Below are positions 20,701 through 29,005 of a stretch of 64,000 nt of DNA, in pieces. Source of the stretch: a candidate division WOR-3 bacterium (GTDB lineage Bacteria > Hydrothermota > Tepidihabitantia > Tepidihabitantales > Tepidihabitantaceae); NCBI GenBank assembly GCA_026418295.1, contig JAOABP010000002.1, positions 26,244 through 90,243 of the forward strand, in the 5' to 3' direction. The notes beneath the pieces are model-generated. The model was not told the origin of the DNA and did not search any database. It worked only from the letters and a program-made list of their open reading frames with translations. Numbering within the stretch: position 1 is the first letter of the stretch; each line of letters begins with the position of its first letter. The position numbers and the translations under genes were made by a program.

Positions 20701-20898
20701 GCCGGCGTCGGTTCCCCTGGGCTGAACGGTGATTTGGATTTTGCTTCTGCCCGATTGAACCGCCCATTCATTGAGCAGTCCGGCAAGAAGCGGATAATAA
20801 CTTTCCTCCCGGGCATCACCGCGGTGAATGAGGGCGCTGATCTCCTTGAGATAGTTCCGGTAGCGGGCAGGTTCCAGCACCTGTTTAGTATTGCCCAA
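17737..20898 (-). CDS. Type IIG/IIL restriction-modification enzyme, MmeI-like fused endonuclease-gamma-class N6-adenine methyltransferase-TRD
   Basis: N-terminal PD-(D/E)xK-like DGRQHIVGYIEAK. MTase motif I VLDPAAGTLTF and motif IV IIGNPPYSG. About 1053 aa single polypeptide. Start codon appears to be TTG (or GTG 6 codons later). Confidence 0.75.
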   Translation of the reverse strand: MGNTKQVLEPARYRNYLKEISALIHRGDAREESYYPLLAGLLNEWAVQSGRSKIQITVQPRGTDAGNPDFRIWDGRQHIVGYIEAKSPTIDNLDRIEESEQFTRYRDTFPNLILTNFLEFRLYRQGKLVKKALLGRPFAAHRLRLVPPLEQPEELNLLLEQFFAFSLPRVLDAETLARELARRTRFLRDEVIARQLQQELADQTGTLAGFYEAFRQYLITTLTPEDFADLYAQTITYGLFAARTRTTGEFNRRLAYDNIPHTIGILRDIFRYISLEDLPEPMEWIIDDIAEVLSVTDVKNILHQYFHEGRGSDPVVHFYETFLAVYDPETRERRGVYYTPEPVVSYIVRSVNKILKDRFNRQEGLANSSVTVLDPAAGTLTFLAEAAKLAVKEFTARYGEGAQENFIREHILENFYAFELMMAPYAVGHLKMAFLLEELGYRLKPDERVKLYLTNTLEMETLPETRLPGMASLSTESRLAVRVKRETPILVIIGNPPYSGISANMKPEMVNFLKEDRDGVQSYYHVDGEPLKERKVWLQDDYVKFIRFAQWKISQAGEGVVGFITNHSYLDNPTFRGMRQSLMKTFNEIYILDLHGNSLKKERCPDGSKDENVFDIRQGVAIALMVKYRNGTTACRVHHSEIWGTRDRKYGWLMKNDIDKTSWRDVAPVKPYYLFVPMRGKGKIEYESFYQVTSIFPVNVTGIVTARDHFVIDFELQPLKARIMTFLNKDLSDAIIKKGLELTENYMWRVSRARQELMRVENWEKYFTKILYRPFDVRYIYYHKSVVWRPREEVMRHMMQENLGLITRRQMLPTHPCNYVFITEHMISDGVIRSDNKGCESLFPLYLYPDTGRDELFPVRRRSGVRPEPNIAPEIFDRLRSAYNRSPAPEDILYYTYAVLYSDIYRQKYAEFLKFDFPRIPFTRSYPLFRRLAQLGRRLADLHLLKSAELDPPAVRFQGRGTNLIEKVRYEDRQVFINAGKFFAPVPPEVWSYQIGGYQVCAKWLKDRTGRQLTTEEIRHYCGIVTAIKKTVEIQRQIDRLYPQVEAELLPSD

Positions 20899-21254
20899 TA
20901 CGGACCGGATGTCAATTTAAGACAACATTTGTTTTTCTCTGACCATAATGCCCCTGTTAAGTTAGAGTCATTTTTTCCCGCCGATTTCACAGCCGGCAGT
21001 GGGGCGGAAATGGCGGTTGCGGTGGAAGTGACGGTTTTGCCGAGGGTTGGCGGGCGAATTGCGTTCGCGGGTGAGGTTTTTCGGGGCTGTACCCCGGGCA
21101 GTTCCCCTCACCGTGTCGGCAGGGAGGATGCCGGCTGGGGATGATGGCGGTGGATTTGCCGTTGTGGCGGTGCGGGTGACACCGGACCGGAGTGCAAGGT
21201 CAGGTTTGACAAGCCGGTCTGGCGTCAATATCCTTATCTGGACAGGCCCGGTCT

Positions 21255-22064
21255 ATGAATCAATTCCAATCTCCACTTGAACCTCAGCCGTTAAGGTTTG
21301 AACCGGATGAGAAACGGCTTGCCCGGCTTGCCCGGTTTCGCCGGATTGTGCTCTGGAGCACGCTGGGGGTGATGGTACTGGCACTGGTGCTGGTGCTTTT
21401 AATGCCGTCAAGGGTAATGGTGATGAGCGGGGAGGTGAAGGCACCACAGGGGTCAGAACCGGTTTCCCAGGCACCGGTCGCCCGTTCCGCCGGTGATAAT
21501 GAGCCGTCAGCGGTGATGCCGGCGCCGGCAGTCAGCCGGGAACCGGCAGGAGAGCCGGTAAGGGCAAATCCGCAGGCTGAGGCAGCGGGTCTGGTGCGGA
21601 CGGTTGATTCCTGTGGAAGCCTGGCACGGGAGCAGTGGATGCGGGCAGGGGTAATGATTACTGCGGTCACGGTCCGGCTGGAGAATGTGCCGGAGATTCT
21701 GAAGCGGATTGGAATTGCCCGGGCGATTGCGGACAGCGCGCAGGCACGGCTTGCGCAGGCTGAGGCAACGCTGGAGCGGTTGAAGGGTCTGCTGCGGGTT
21801 TCCGGGGGCGCAGGGACGCGGATTAATTCCGCCTATGCGGCTGCCCGGGAGTATGTGAGTCTGATAAGCGAGGAGGCGGGTGACCGGCAGGGCTGGCTTG
21901 ACAGTTATGAGCAGGCGATCCGGGCGCTGGGCGATGATGACTCTGCCCAGTTTGAGATCAAGATGAATGTGGCGGGTGCCTATCAGCGGAAGTCGGATGT
22001 CCGGCAGAAGCGGCTTATCCGGGCAGAGGCGGCGTTGCGCTCCGCGGCTGAGGGGCTGAAATGA
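21255..22064 (+). CDS. hypothetical membrane-anchored protein (single N-terminal TM, Ala/Arg-rich helical C-terminal part)
   Basis: IVLWSTLGVMVLALVLVLLMP TM segment. No recognisable domain. Confidence 0.45.
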   Translation: MNQFQSPLEPQPLRFEPDEKRLARLARFRRIVLWSTLGVMVLALVLVLLMPSRVMVMSGEVKAPQGSEPVSQAPVARSAGDNEPSAVMPAPAVSREPAGEPVRANPQAEAAGLVRTVDSCGSLAREQWMRAGVMITAVTVRLENVPEILKRIGIARAIADSAQARLAQAEATLERLKGLLRVSGGAGTRINSAYAAAREYVSLISEEAGDRQGWLDSYEQAIRALGDDDSAQFEIKMNVAGAYQRKSDVRQKRLIRAEAALRSAAEGLK

Positions 22065-22123
22065 TGCGGGCGTTGGAGTTTTCAGGATGTTTGACAATTT
22101 AATCAACGGAGGTATGATGTCCT

Positions 22124-23341
22124 ATGTTTGATTACCGTCTGGTGCCGATTGAACCGAATGACAGAAAGATTGTGCTGGTAATTCTGGACGGGCTGGGCGG
22201 TCTGCCACTGAAGGATAAGACTGAGCTCGAGACCGCCTGGGTGCCGAATCTGGATCAGCTGGCGGTGAAGTCGGCGCTGGGAAAGATGGTGCCGATTGCG
22301 CGCGGGGTGACTCCGGGTTCCGGTGCTGCCCATCTGGCGATCTTCGGTTATGACCCGGTGCAGTATCCGGTTGGCAGAGGGGTGCTGGAGGCGCTGGGGT
22401 GCGGTCTGAATCCCGGTCCGGGGGATCTGTGCGCCCGGGCAAATTTTGCCACCGTGGATGAGAATGGCGTGATTACCGACCGCCGGGCAAAGGAGAACGG
22501 GGAGCGGATGCGGGATCAGGAGTGTGCGGAGCTGTGTGAGCTATTGGAGGAGAAGATTCCCGAGATTGACGGGGTGAAGGTAACGATTGTGCCCGGGAAG
22601 GGGCACCGGTTTGTGGTGATGTTTTCCGGTCCGGGGCTGGCAGACGGTCTGAGCGATTCCGACCCGGGTAAGGAAGGGAAGACACCACTGCCGGTGCAGG
22701 CGCTGAAACCGGAGGCGGAGAGGTCGGCGCAGGTTGCCAACCGGTTTATTGAGCTGGCAGCCGGAGCGCTGAAAGGGCGTAAAAGGGCAAATTATGTGCT
22801 TTTGCGCGGGCTGGCACTGCCACCACGACTGCCCAATTTTCAGGAGCGCTATCAGCTGCGGGCGGCAGCAATCGCCGCCTATCCGATGTACCGGGGTCTG
22901 GCAAGACTGGTGGGGATGCGGGTTCTGCCGTGCGGAGAGACCTGGGAGTCGGAGATTGAGACGCTGGAGAAGAATTATGCCCATTACGATTTTTTCTATA
23001 TCCATTTCAAGGAGTTTGATCAGGCGGGTGAGGATGGAGATTTTGAGCGCAAGGTGGAACTGCTGGAGCAGTTTGATGAGCGGATTGTGCCCCGGCTGGT
23101 GAAGCTGAAGCCGGATGTGCTGTGCATCACCGGCGATCATTCCACTCCCGCAGTGCTCAAGGGACACTCCTGGCACACGGTGCCGTTGCTGATTCATTCA
23201 CCCTGGGTCCGGGTTCATTCCTTTGCTGAGGAGTTCGGAGAGCGGGCGTGTATCCGGGGAAGTCTCGGGCTGATCTTCGGTATTGAGATCATGCCGCTGC
23301 TTATGGCAAACGCCCAGCGGTTCGGGAAGTTCGGGGCTTAG
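22124..23341 (+). CDS. apgM: 2,3-bisphosphoglycerate-independent phosphoglycerate mutase, archaeal-type (ApgM family)
   Basis: IVLVILDGLGG, CITGDHSTPAVLKGHSWHTVPLLI. About 405 aa metalloenzyme-superfamily layout. Confidence 0.82.
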   Translation: MFDYRLVPIEPNDRKIVLVILDGLGGLPLKDKTELETAWVPNLDQLAVKSALGKMVPIARGVTPGSGAAHLAIFGYDPVQYPVGRGVLEALGCGLNPGPGDLCARANFATVDENGVITDRRAKENGERMRDQECAELCELLEEKIPEIDGVKVTIVPGKGHRFVVMFSGPGLADGLSDSDPGKEGKTPLPVQALKPEAERSAQVANRFIELAAGALKGRKRANYVLLRGLALPPRLPNFQERYQLRAAAIAAYPMYRGLARLVGMRVLPCGETWESEIETLEKNYAHYDFFYIHFKEFDQAGEDGDFERKVELLEQFDERIVPRLVKLKPDVLCITGDHSTPAVLKGHSWHTVPLLIHSPWVRVHSFAEEFGERACIRGSLGLIFGIEIMPLLMANAQRFGKFGA

Positions 23342-23343
23342 CG

Positions 23344-23910
23344 TTGAAACACTGGGCGATCATTTCGGTCTGGGACAAGAGCGGTCTGAAGGAACTGGCA
23401 GCGGCGCTGACTGAAGCAGGTCTGGGGATTCTGTCAACCGCGCGGACCGCAGCGGTGCTGCGGGATGCCGGTATTCCGGTTACCGAGATCGCCGAGTGGA
23501 CCGGTGCACCGGAGATCCTGGGAGGCAGGGTCAAGACGCTCCATCCGAAGGTGGCGGCGGGAATTCTCTGCCGGCGCACTGAACCCGGCATCGAGCCGGT
23601 GGATGTGGTGGTGTGCAATCTGTATCCGTTTGCTGAAGGTCTGCGTCAGGGGCTGAAGGTTGAGGAGATGGTGGAGCTGATTGACATTGGCGGGGTGACA
23701 CTCCTGCGTGCCGCAGCCAAGAACTGGGAGTTTGTGACTCCGGTGCCGGCACCGGAATATTATCCGCTGGTGATCGAGGAGCTGAGACAGAACCGGCAGG
23801 TGCGGCGCCAGGTGCGGCTGGAGCTGGCAGGTGCAGCGTTTGAGTTGACAAGTGAGTATGACCGGCTGATCGCCGGCTATCTTAAGCAATTGTTGACAGA
23901 CTGCCGGTAA
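23344..23910 (+). CDS. stand-alone IMP cyclohydrolase (MGS-like) domain protein, PurH N-terminal-domain homolog
   Basis: ALISVWDKSGL…LSTARTAAVLRDAGIPVTEIAEWTGAPEILGGRVKTLHPKV aligns with the PurH IMPCH domain. Only 188 aa; no AICAR transformylase domain follows. Confidence 0.75.
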   Translation: MKHWAIISVWDKSGLKELAAALTEAGLGILSTARTAAVLRDAGIPVTEIAEWTGAPEILGGRVKTLHPKVAAGILCRRTEPGIEPVDVVVCNLYPFAEGLRQGLKVEEMVELIDIGGVTLLRAAAKNWEFVTPVPAPEYYPLVIEELRQNRQVRRQVRLELAGAAFELTSEYDRLIAGYLKQLLTDCR

Positions 23911-23922
23911 ATTTAGTATAAT
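23893..23922 (+). promoter_or_regulatory. consensus sigma-70 promoter TTGACA-18nt-TATAAT for the ribosomal alpha operon
   Basis: TTGACA 23893-23898 (inside the 3' end of the upstream CDS) and TATAAT 23917-23922. RBS AGGAGGA precedes the rpsM GTG at 23983. Confidence 0.6.
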
Positions 23923-23982
23923 TACTGTTGTTTGCTGGATTTTCACTTTTTAGGAAAGTTTAACTGTTTTTCAGGAGGATAA

Positions 23983-24372
23983 GTGGCACGAATTGTTGGT
24001 GTTGATCTGCCGGATGGCAAGAAGGTGCTTTATGCCCTGCCCGCAATCTACGGGATCGGGCTGTCATCGGCAAAGAAGTTGTTAGCCGCCACCGGTATTG
24101 CCCCGGATAAGAAGGTCGGAGAACTTTCCGATGAGGAGCTGGCAAGGCTGCGGCAGGAGATTGAAAGCCGGTTCAAGGTTGAGGGTGAACTCCGGGCAGA
24201 GGTGGCAGCGAATATCAAGCGGCTGATGGAGATCAGCTGTTATCGCGGATTGCGGCACCGGGCGCGCCTGCCGGTGCGCGGTCAGCGGACGAGGACGAAT
24301 GCCCGGACCCGGAAGGGACCGCGCAAGACTTCAGGCGTGATCAAGGTAAAGTCAACTGCACCGAAGGAGTAA
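23983..24372 (+). CDS. rpsM: 30S ribosomal protein S13
   Basis: [36 protein letters not shown] start after AGGAGGA. Confidence 0.95.
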   Translation: MARIVGVDLPDGKKVLYALPAIYGIGLSSAKKLLAATGIAPDKKVGELSDEELARLRQEIESRFKVEGELRAEVAANIKRLMEISCYRGLRHRARLPVRGQRTRTNARTRKGPRKTSGVIKVKSTAPKE

Positions 24373-24375
24373 GAG

Positions 24376-24750
24376 GTGGCAAGGAAGTCTTCAAGGAAAC
24401 GGGCGTCACCGGTGTGTGTGGCGCATATCAATACCACATTTAATAATACAATTGTAACCATTGCCGAGCCGGACGGTTCGGTGATCTGCTGGTCGTCTGC
24501 CGGCAAGGTCGGGTTCAAGGGTGCGAAGAAGGGGACACCCTATGCTGCCGGTCAGGCGGCAGAGAGCGCCGGCAAGGAGGCAGTGGCACTCGGGGTGCGC
24601 AAGGTTGAGGTTCAGGTGTGCGGACCCGGACCGGGCAGGGAGGCGGCAATCCGCTCACTGCAGAACGCCGGGCTGGACATTGTATCCATCCGTGATGTCA
24701 CCCCGATTCCCCATAACGGATGCCGGCCGCCGAAGCAGCGCCGGGTGTGA
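24376..24750 (+). CDS. rpsK: 30S ribosomal protein S11
   Basis: [49 protein letters not shown]. Confidence 0.95.
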   Translation: MARKSSRKRASPVCVAHINTTFNNTIVTIAEPDGSVICWSSAGKVGFKGAKKGTPYAAGQAAESAGKEAVALGVRKVEVQVCGPGPGREAAIRSLQNAGLDIVSIRDVTPIPHNGCRPPKQRRV

Positions 24751-24797
24751 GGTTTAATTGACTGTCAGGTGGAAAGGATTATAATCACAAACAGGTT

Positions 24798-25412
24798 ATG
24801 GCAAGAGATATAGGACCTAAATGCAAGCGCTGTCGCCGGGCAAGGGAGAAGCTGTTCCTGCGCGGCAACAAGTGTATTTCCGACAGCTGTGTGCTGATGA
24901 AACGCGGTGAGGAGACTGAGAGTGCGGCACGACGCCGGATTTCTGCCTATGCGATTCAGCTGCGGGAGAAGCAGAAGCTGCGGATGATGTACGGAATTCT
25001 GGAGACTCAGTTCCGGAACTATTTTGAGCGGGCAGCAAAGAGCCCGAATACCGCCGCCGCACTGCTGACCCTGCTTGAGACCAGGCTGGATAATGTGGTT
25101 TTCCGGCTGGGGTTTGCCGATTCCCGGGCTCAGGCACGGCAGCTGGTGCGCCACGGTCACATTACCGTTGACGGCCGGCGGGTAGACATTCCTTCCTATC
25201 AGGTGCGACCCGGTCAGGTGATTGCCGTCGGCAGTGAAAAGGGAAGGAAGCTGGTGAGTGCGATTGTCGCCGCCAAGGAACCCGGAGTGGTTCCCTGGCT
25301 GAGCGCAAATCATCAGCAGCTGACCGGACAGGTTCTCAGACTGCCGAATCAGGAGGATTTGAAGGATGTTCCTTGTAATATGCAGTTAATCGTGGAGTTT
25401 TATTCAAAATGA
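24798..25412 (+). CDS. rpsD: 30S ribosomal protein S4 (zinc-ribbon type)
   Basis: MARDIGPKCKRCRR…LRGNKCISDSC N-terminal Cys4. S4 domain GHITVDGRRVDIPSYQV. Confidence 0.95.
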   Translation: MARDIGPKCKRCRRAREKLFLRGNKCISDSCVLMKRGEETESAARRRISAYAIQLREKQKLRMMYGILETQFRNYFERAAKSPNTAAALLTLLETRLDNVVFRLGFADSRAQARQLVRHGHITVDGRRVDIPSYQVRPGQVIAVGSEKGRKLVSAIVAAKEPGVVPWLSANHQQLTGQVLRLPNQEDLKDVPCNMQLIVEFYSK

Positions 25413-26452
25413 GACTGAAACCTTTTATCATGCCAGAGAAGTATGAACTGGAAGCTGCTACCGCTTCCGACAGTTACGGGAAATTTATCATTGCGCCGCT
25501 GGAACGGGGCTGGGGGACAACGATCGGAAATGCGCTGCGCCGGGCACTGCTTTCTTCAGTCCAGGGAGCAGCCGTTGTCGAGGTGCGGATTGACGGGGTG
25601 TCGCATGAGTTTACCACTATTGATGATGTGGTGGAGGATGTGCCGGAGATTATTCTGAATATCAAGAAGCTCCGGTTCCGGCTCTGGTCCGAAACTCCGA
25701 AGCTGTGCCATCTCTATGCAAAAGGGAAACGGGAATACTATGCCCGGGATATGACCGTGCCACCGGAGCTGGTGGTTGCCAATCCGGACCAGAAAATCCT
25801 GACGATTGCCGACAGCCGGAAGTCGCTGACGATTGAGATGGTGGTGGAGAATGGCCGGGGTTATGTCCGGGCGGAACGGTTGAAGCGGGGAAGGACCGCA
25901 CCCGAGGGCACGATCTTTCTTGACGCCTTCTTTTCGCCCGTGAAACGGGTGAATTACTGGGTGGAGAGTATGCGGGTCGGGGACCGGACCGATTTTGAAC
26001 GGGTGGTATGCGAGGTCTGGACCGATGCCACGGTGACTCCGGAGGAGGCGCTGATTCAGTCAGCAACAATTCTGAGGAATCACATGGCGGCGCTGATCCC
26101 GCAGGAGAAGGAGCCGGAGTTCATTCAGGAGGAGAAGGTTCTGAAAGACCAGGACCGGCTGGCAGAACTGCTGGCAATGGATATCGATGAGCTGGAGCTG
26201 TCCAACCGGGCGCTCAACTGTCTGAAGCGGGGCAGATCGAAGCGGACCGGCGAGCGGATTTCAATCCAGACCGTCGCTGATCTGGTACAGAAGAGTGAAC
26301 GGGAAATCATGGAAATCGAGAATTTCGGCCGGAAGTCACTTGAGGAGCTGAAGAAGGTTCTCGAGGATCTGGGGTTGACGCTGGGAATGGACATATCCGG
26401 GATCCCCGTCCGGACACCAACCGAGGAGAATGAAGAAAAAGAGCAGGAGTAA
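25409..26452 (+). CDS. rpoA: DNA-directed RNA polymerase subunit alpha
   Basis: N-terminal domain FIIAPLERGWGTTIGNALRRALLSS. C-terminal domain ELELSNRALNCLKRGR. 4-nt overlap with rpsD. Confidence 0.95.
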   Translation: MRLKPFIMPEKYELEAATASDSYGKFIIAPLERGWGTTIGNALRRALLSSVQGAAVVEVRIDGVSHEFTTIDDVVEDVPEIILNIKKLRFRLWSETPKLCHLYAKGKREYYARDMTVPPELVVANPDQKILTIADSRKSLTIEMVVENGRGYVRAERLKRGRTAPEGTIFLDAFFSPVKRVNYWVESMRVGDRTDFERVVCEVWTDATVTPEEALIQSATILRNHMAALIPQEKEPEFIQEEKVLKDQDRLAELLAMDIDELELSNRALNCLKRGRSKRTGERISIQTVADLVQKSEREIMEIENFGRKSLEELKKVLEDLGLTLGMDISGIPVRTPTEENEEKEQE

Positions 26453-26463
26453 AAGGAGCGGCT

Positions 26464-26928
26464 GTGCGACACGGTGATCGAGTGAAAAAACTGGGCAGAA
26501 AATATGAGCACCGGCGGGCGCTGATGCGGAATCTGATTGCCGCCCTGATCCGGTATGAGCGGATCCGGACTACTGTGGCGAAGGCGAAGGAGGCACGCCG
26601 CCACGCCGAACGGCTGGTCCGGTTTGCGATTTCCGGTACACTGGCAGACCGGCGACAGGTGGCAAGAATGGTTTCAGAACCGGCGCTGGTGCGCAAGCTG
26701 TTTAATGAGATTGCACCACGGCTGGCTGACCGCCAGGGCGGATATACGCGGATTCACCGGCTTGGATACCGTCCGGGCGATTCCGCCGAGATGGCGTATC
26801 TTGAGTTTGTTGTGCGTTCTGAAAAGCCGGCTGCGGAGGAGAAGGAAAAGAAACAGCCGAAGAAGCAGAGGGAGACAAAAGCAAAGGGAGTTTCGAAGAA
26901 ACCGGCAAAGAAGCAGGGGTCAGCATAA
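26464..26928 (+). CDS. rplQ: 50S ribosomal protein L17 with Lys-rich C-terminal extension
   Basis: MRHGDRVKKLGRKYEHRRALMRNLIAALIRYERIRTTVAKAKE. Confidence 0.93.
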   Translation: MRHGDRVKKLGRKYEHRRALMRNLIAALIRYERIRTTVAKAKEARRHAERLVRFAISGTLADRRQVARMVSEPALVRKLFNEIAPRLADRQGGYTRIHRLGYRPGDSAEMAYLEFVVRSEKPAAEEKEKKQPKKQRETKAKGVSKKPAKKQGSA

Positions 26929-26942
26929 GCCGGGCTGGGTGA

Positions 26943-27310
26943 TGCAGCGCAAACTGCTGAAGTCAAAAATTCAGGGGCTGAGGATTACCGGCAAGGAACT
27001 GTATTACGAAGGCAGTCTGCAGGTAGATGCAGCCCTGCTGGAAGCTGCCGGAATTGTTCCCGGTGAGATGGTTCAGGTTGTTAACATAAATAACGGGGAA
27101 CGGTTTGAAACCTATGTGATTCCGGCTGGCGCCGGTTCGGGTGTGTGCTGTCTCAAGGGAGCCGCTGCCCGGCTGGGTGAGGTTGGTGATCAGGTAATTG
27201 TGATGAGTATGGCTTATGTTGACGAGAGTGAACTCAGCCGGCACCGGATCGTCCGGGTAAAGGTTGACGAGAACAACCGGATCGTTAAAGAGGAAGCTGA
27301 TGGCAAATAA
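26943..27310 (+). CDS. panD: aspartate 1-decarboxylase
   Basis: MQRKLLKSKIQGLRITGKELYYEGSLQVDAALLEAAGIVPGEMVQVVNINNGERFETYVI… aligns with PanD, including the self-processing region around the conserved Gly-Ser in KGAAARLG. The ORF-track 251-aa version is an upstream out-of-frame extension into rplQ. Confidence 0.85.
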
Positions 27311-27782
27311 GGGGAATTGCGCTCCCCTGATTTGCTTGATTGACCAGTATTATCCCATTATAATTTTTCTTATAATTACTTTCCTTTTTCCGGTTCCGGC
27401 ATGCCGGCCTCCATCGGCAAAGGCGGAACTTGAAGTTCCCAAGGTGAAGCTGGAGGTGCTGAATGGTGCGGGAGTACACCGGCTGGGACGGGCAGTGGAA
27501 CGGGAGCTGCTCGCCCGGGGGTTTGATGTCTATCGGGTAGGTGATATTGACAGCAGTTATGAACAGACGATGGTGGTGGATCTCCGGGATCCACAAGGGA
27601 TGAACGCCCAAGCCATTGCTGCGGCGCTGGCGGTACGGAGAAAGCTTTTCTGGTTTTATCAACCGGAGGTGAAACATCCGCTCGTCCGGGTTGCGGTTGA
27701 CTCCGGCAGTTTTTATGAGGTGCGGTTGATTCTCGGCCGGGATTACCGGCAGTTTTTTCCTCAGGCAATGGTTTTATACTGA
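27300..27782 (+). CDS. LytR_C (LytR/CpsA/Psr C-terminal) domain protein with N-terminal TM
   Basis: LEVLNGAGVHRLGRAVERELLARGFDVYRVGDID…YEQTMV pattern. ATG overlaps the panD stop (ATGGCAAATAA). Confidence 0.65.
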   Translation: MANKGNCAPLICLIDQYYPIIIFLIITFLFPVPACRPPSAKAELEVPKVKLEVLNGAGVHRLGRAVERELLARGFDVYRVGDIDSSYEQTMVVDLRDPQGMNAQAIAAALAVRRKLFWFYQPEVKHPLVRVAVDSGSFYEVRLILGRDYRQFFPQAMVLY

Positions 27783-28141
27783 TGGCAGATTCAATGAAAT
27801 TTGCCGAGCGGCTGGCAAGGCTGATTGACCGGAAACTGGGGGAGGATATTCTGATTCTGGATCTCCGGGCGGCATCAGCGCTGGCAGATTTTTTTGTGAT
27901 CACGACCGCAAATTCTACTGTTCATGCCCAGGCGATCGCCCAGGCGCTGCTGGAAAAGAGCAAAAGCCGCGGTTTTGCCCCTCCGCATCATGTGGAAGGA
28001 ATGGATTCGGCACAGTGGATTCTGATTGATTATCTTGATGTGATTGTACATATATTTCTGGGGGAAGTGCGTGAATTTTACGGGCTGGAACGGCTATGGG
28101 GGGATGTGCCGCAGAAGAGGCTGGATAACCGGAAAAGATAG
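27782..28141 (+). CDS. rsfS: ribosome silencing factor RsfS (Iojap family)
   Basis: DFFVITTANSTVHAQAIAQAL…WILIDYLDVIVHIF…FYGLERLW. Confidence 0.9.
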   Translation: MADSMKFAERLARLIDRKLGEDILILDLRAASALADFFVITTANSTVHAQAIAQALLEKSKSRGFAPPHHVEGMDSAQWILIDYLDVIVHIFLGEVREFYGLERLWGDVPQKRLDNRKR

Positions 28142-28180
28142 GCCTGGAGATATGAGCTGGAGTTTCAAAGGAGGTGTGAT

Positions 28181-28639
28181 TTGAATCTAACATCATTGTT
28201 ACGGGCGGACCGGATTAATCTGGATCTGAAGAGTAAAAGGAAACCGGAGGTGCTGCGGGAGCTGGTGCTGATGATCCGCAGTGGTGACACCGCGGAACAG
28301 CTGCTGCAGACTTTGCAGAAGCGTGAAGAGCTGGGGTCAACCGGGATCGGCAAGGGGATTGCCATTCCCCACGGCAGGTCGCTTTTGCTGGATAAACTGG
28401 AGATTGCGGTTGGCAGGTCAACAAAGGGGGTGGAGTTTGATGCAATTGACAAAAAGCCGGTTCATCTCTTCTTTCTGGTAATGGCGCCACCGCAGGACCC
28501 CGGCAACCAGTATCTCATTACTCTGGGCAGGATTGCCCTCGTGTGTCAGGAGCTGACGAAACGCAGGCAGCTGTTTGATCCGCAGACTCCGGAGGAGTTC
28601 ATAGAACTGGTGCGCAGTCTTGAGGAGAAGGTGAAATGA
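28181..28639 (+). CDS. ptsN: PTS EIIA(Ntr)-type nitrogen regulatory protein
   Basis: PTS EIIA type-2 fold signature: GIGKGIAIPHGRS (phospho-His region), VHLFFLVMAPP. Confidence 0.8.
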   Translation: MNLTSLLRADRINLDLKSKRKPEVLRELVLMIRSGDTAEQLLQTLQKREELGSTGIGKGIAIPHGRSLLLDKLEIAVGRSTKGVEFDAIDKKPVHLFFLVMAPPQDPGNQYLITLGRIALVCQELTKRRQLFDPQTPEEFIELVRSLEEKVK

Positions 28640-28986
28640 ACCCCAAGATCGAGGCGCTGCGATCGCTCGAGGAGTTCGATCACATTCTGCGGGATATTGA
28701 AAGTGATAAGTATCCGGATGACAGTTTCAAGGGGTTGAAGGCATCAGAGCAGTTTATCAAGATTGCCGAAAAGGAGCGGGCAAAGCTCACCAGAAAGATT
28801 GACCCGAAGGTGCTGGCGCAGTATGAGCGGATCATGAAACGGTACGGTGGCCGGGTAGTAGTGCAGGTGATTAAGGAGTTCTGCGGGGGATGTTATATCC
28901 GGCTTCCCTCGGAGCTGGTGGTCAGGTGCCGGACAGAGCTGGTCACCTGTCCCAACTGCGGACGGTTTCTGTACTGGGTTAAGTAA
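28636..28986 (+). CDS. zinc-ribbon domain protein (COG1579-like, short form)
   Basis: C-terminal CGGCYIRLP…CPNCGRFLYWVK zinc ribbon preceded by a coiled-coil region. Confidence 0.6.
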   Translation: MNPKIEALRSLEEFDHILRDIESDKYPDDSFKGLKASEQFIKIAEKERAKLTRKIDPKVLAQYERIMKRYGGRVVVQVIKEFCGGCYIRLPSELVVRCRTELVTCPNCGRFLYWVK

Positions 28987-29005
28987 TAACTGCTATCACA
29001 GCTGA

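Noticed and set aside
19612-21144. 510-aa plus-strand ORF
   Set aside because: It lies antisense across the 5' third of the RM gene and the intergenic region. It is Gly/Arg/Ala-rich with no motifs, a typical high-GC shadow ORF.
22541-23197. 218-aa minus-strand ORF
   Set aside because: Antisense to apgM. No motifs.
26555-27310. 251-aa ORF from the track
   Set aside because: Its first about 130 codons are an out-of-frame read through rplQ. Only the last 122 codons (26943-27310) align with PanD, so panD is called from its own ATG.
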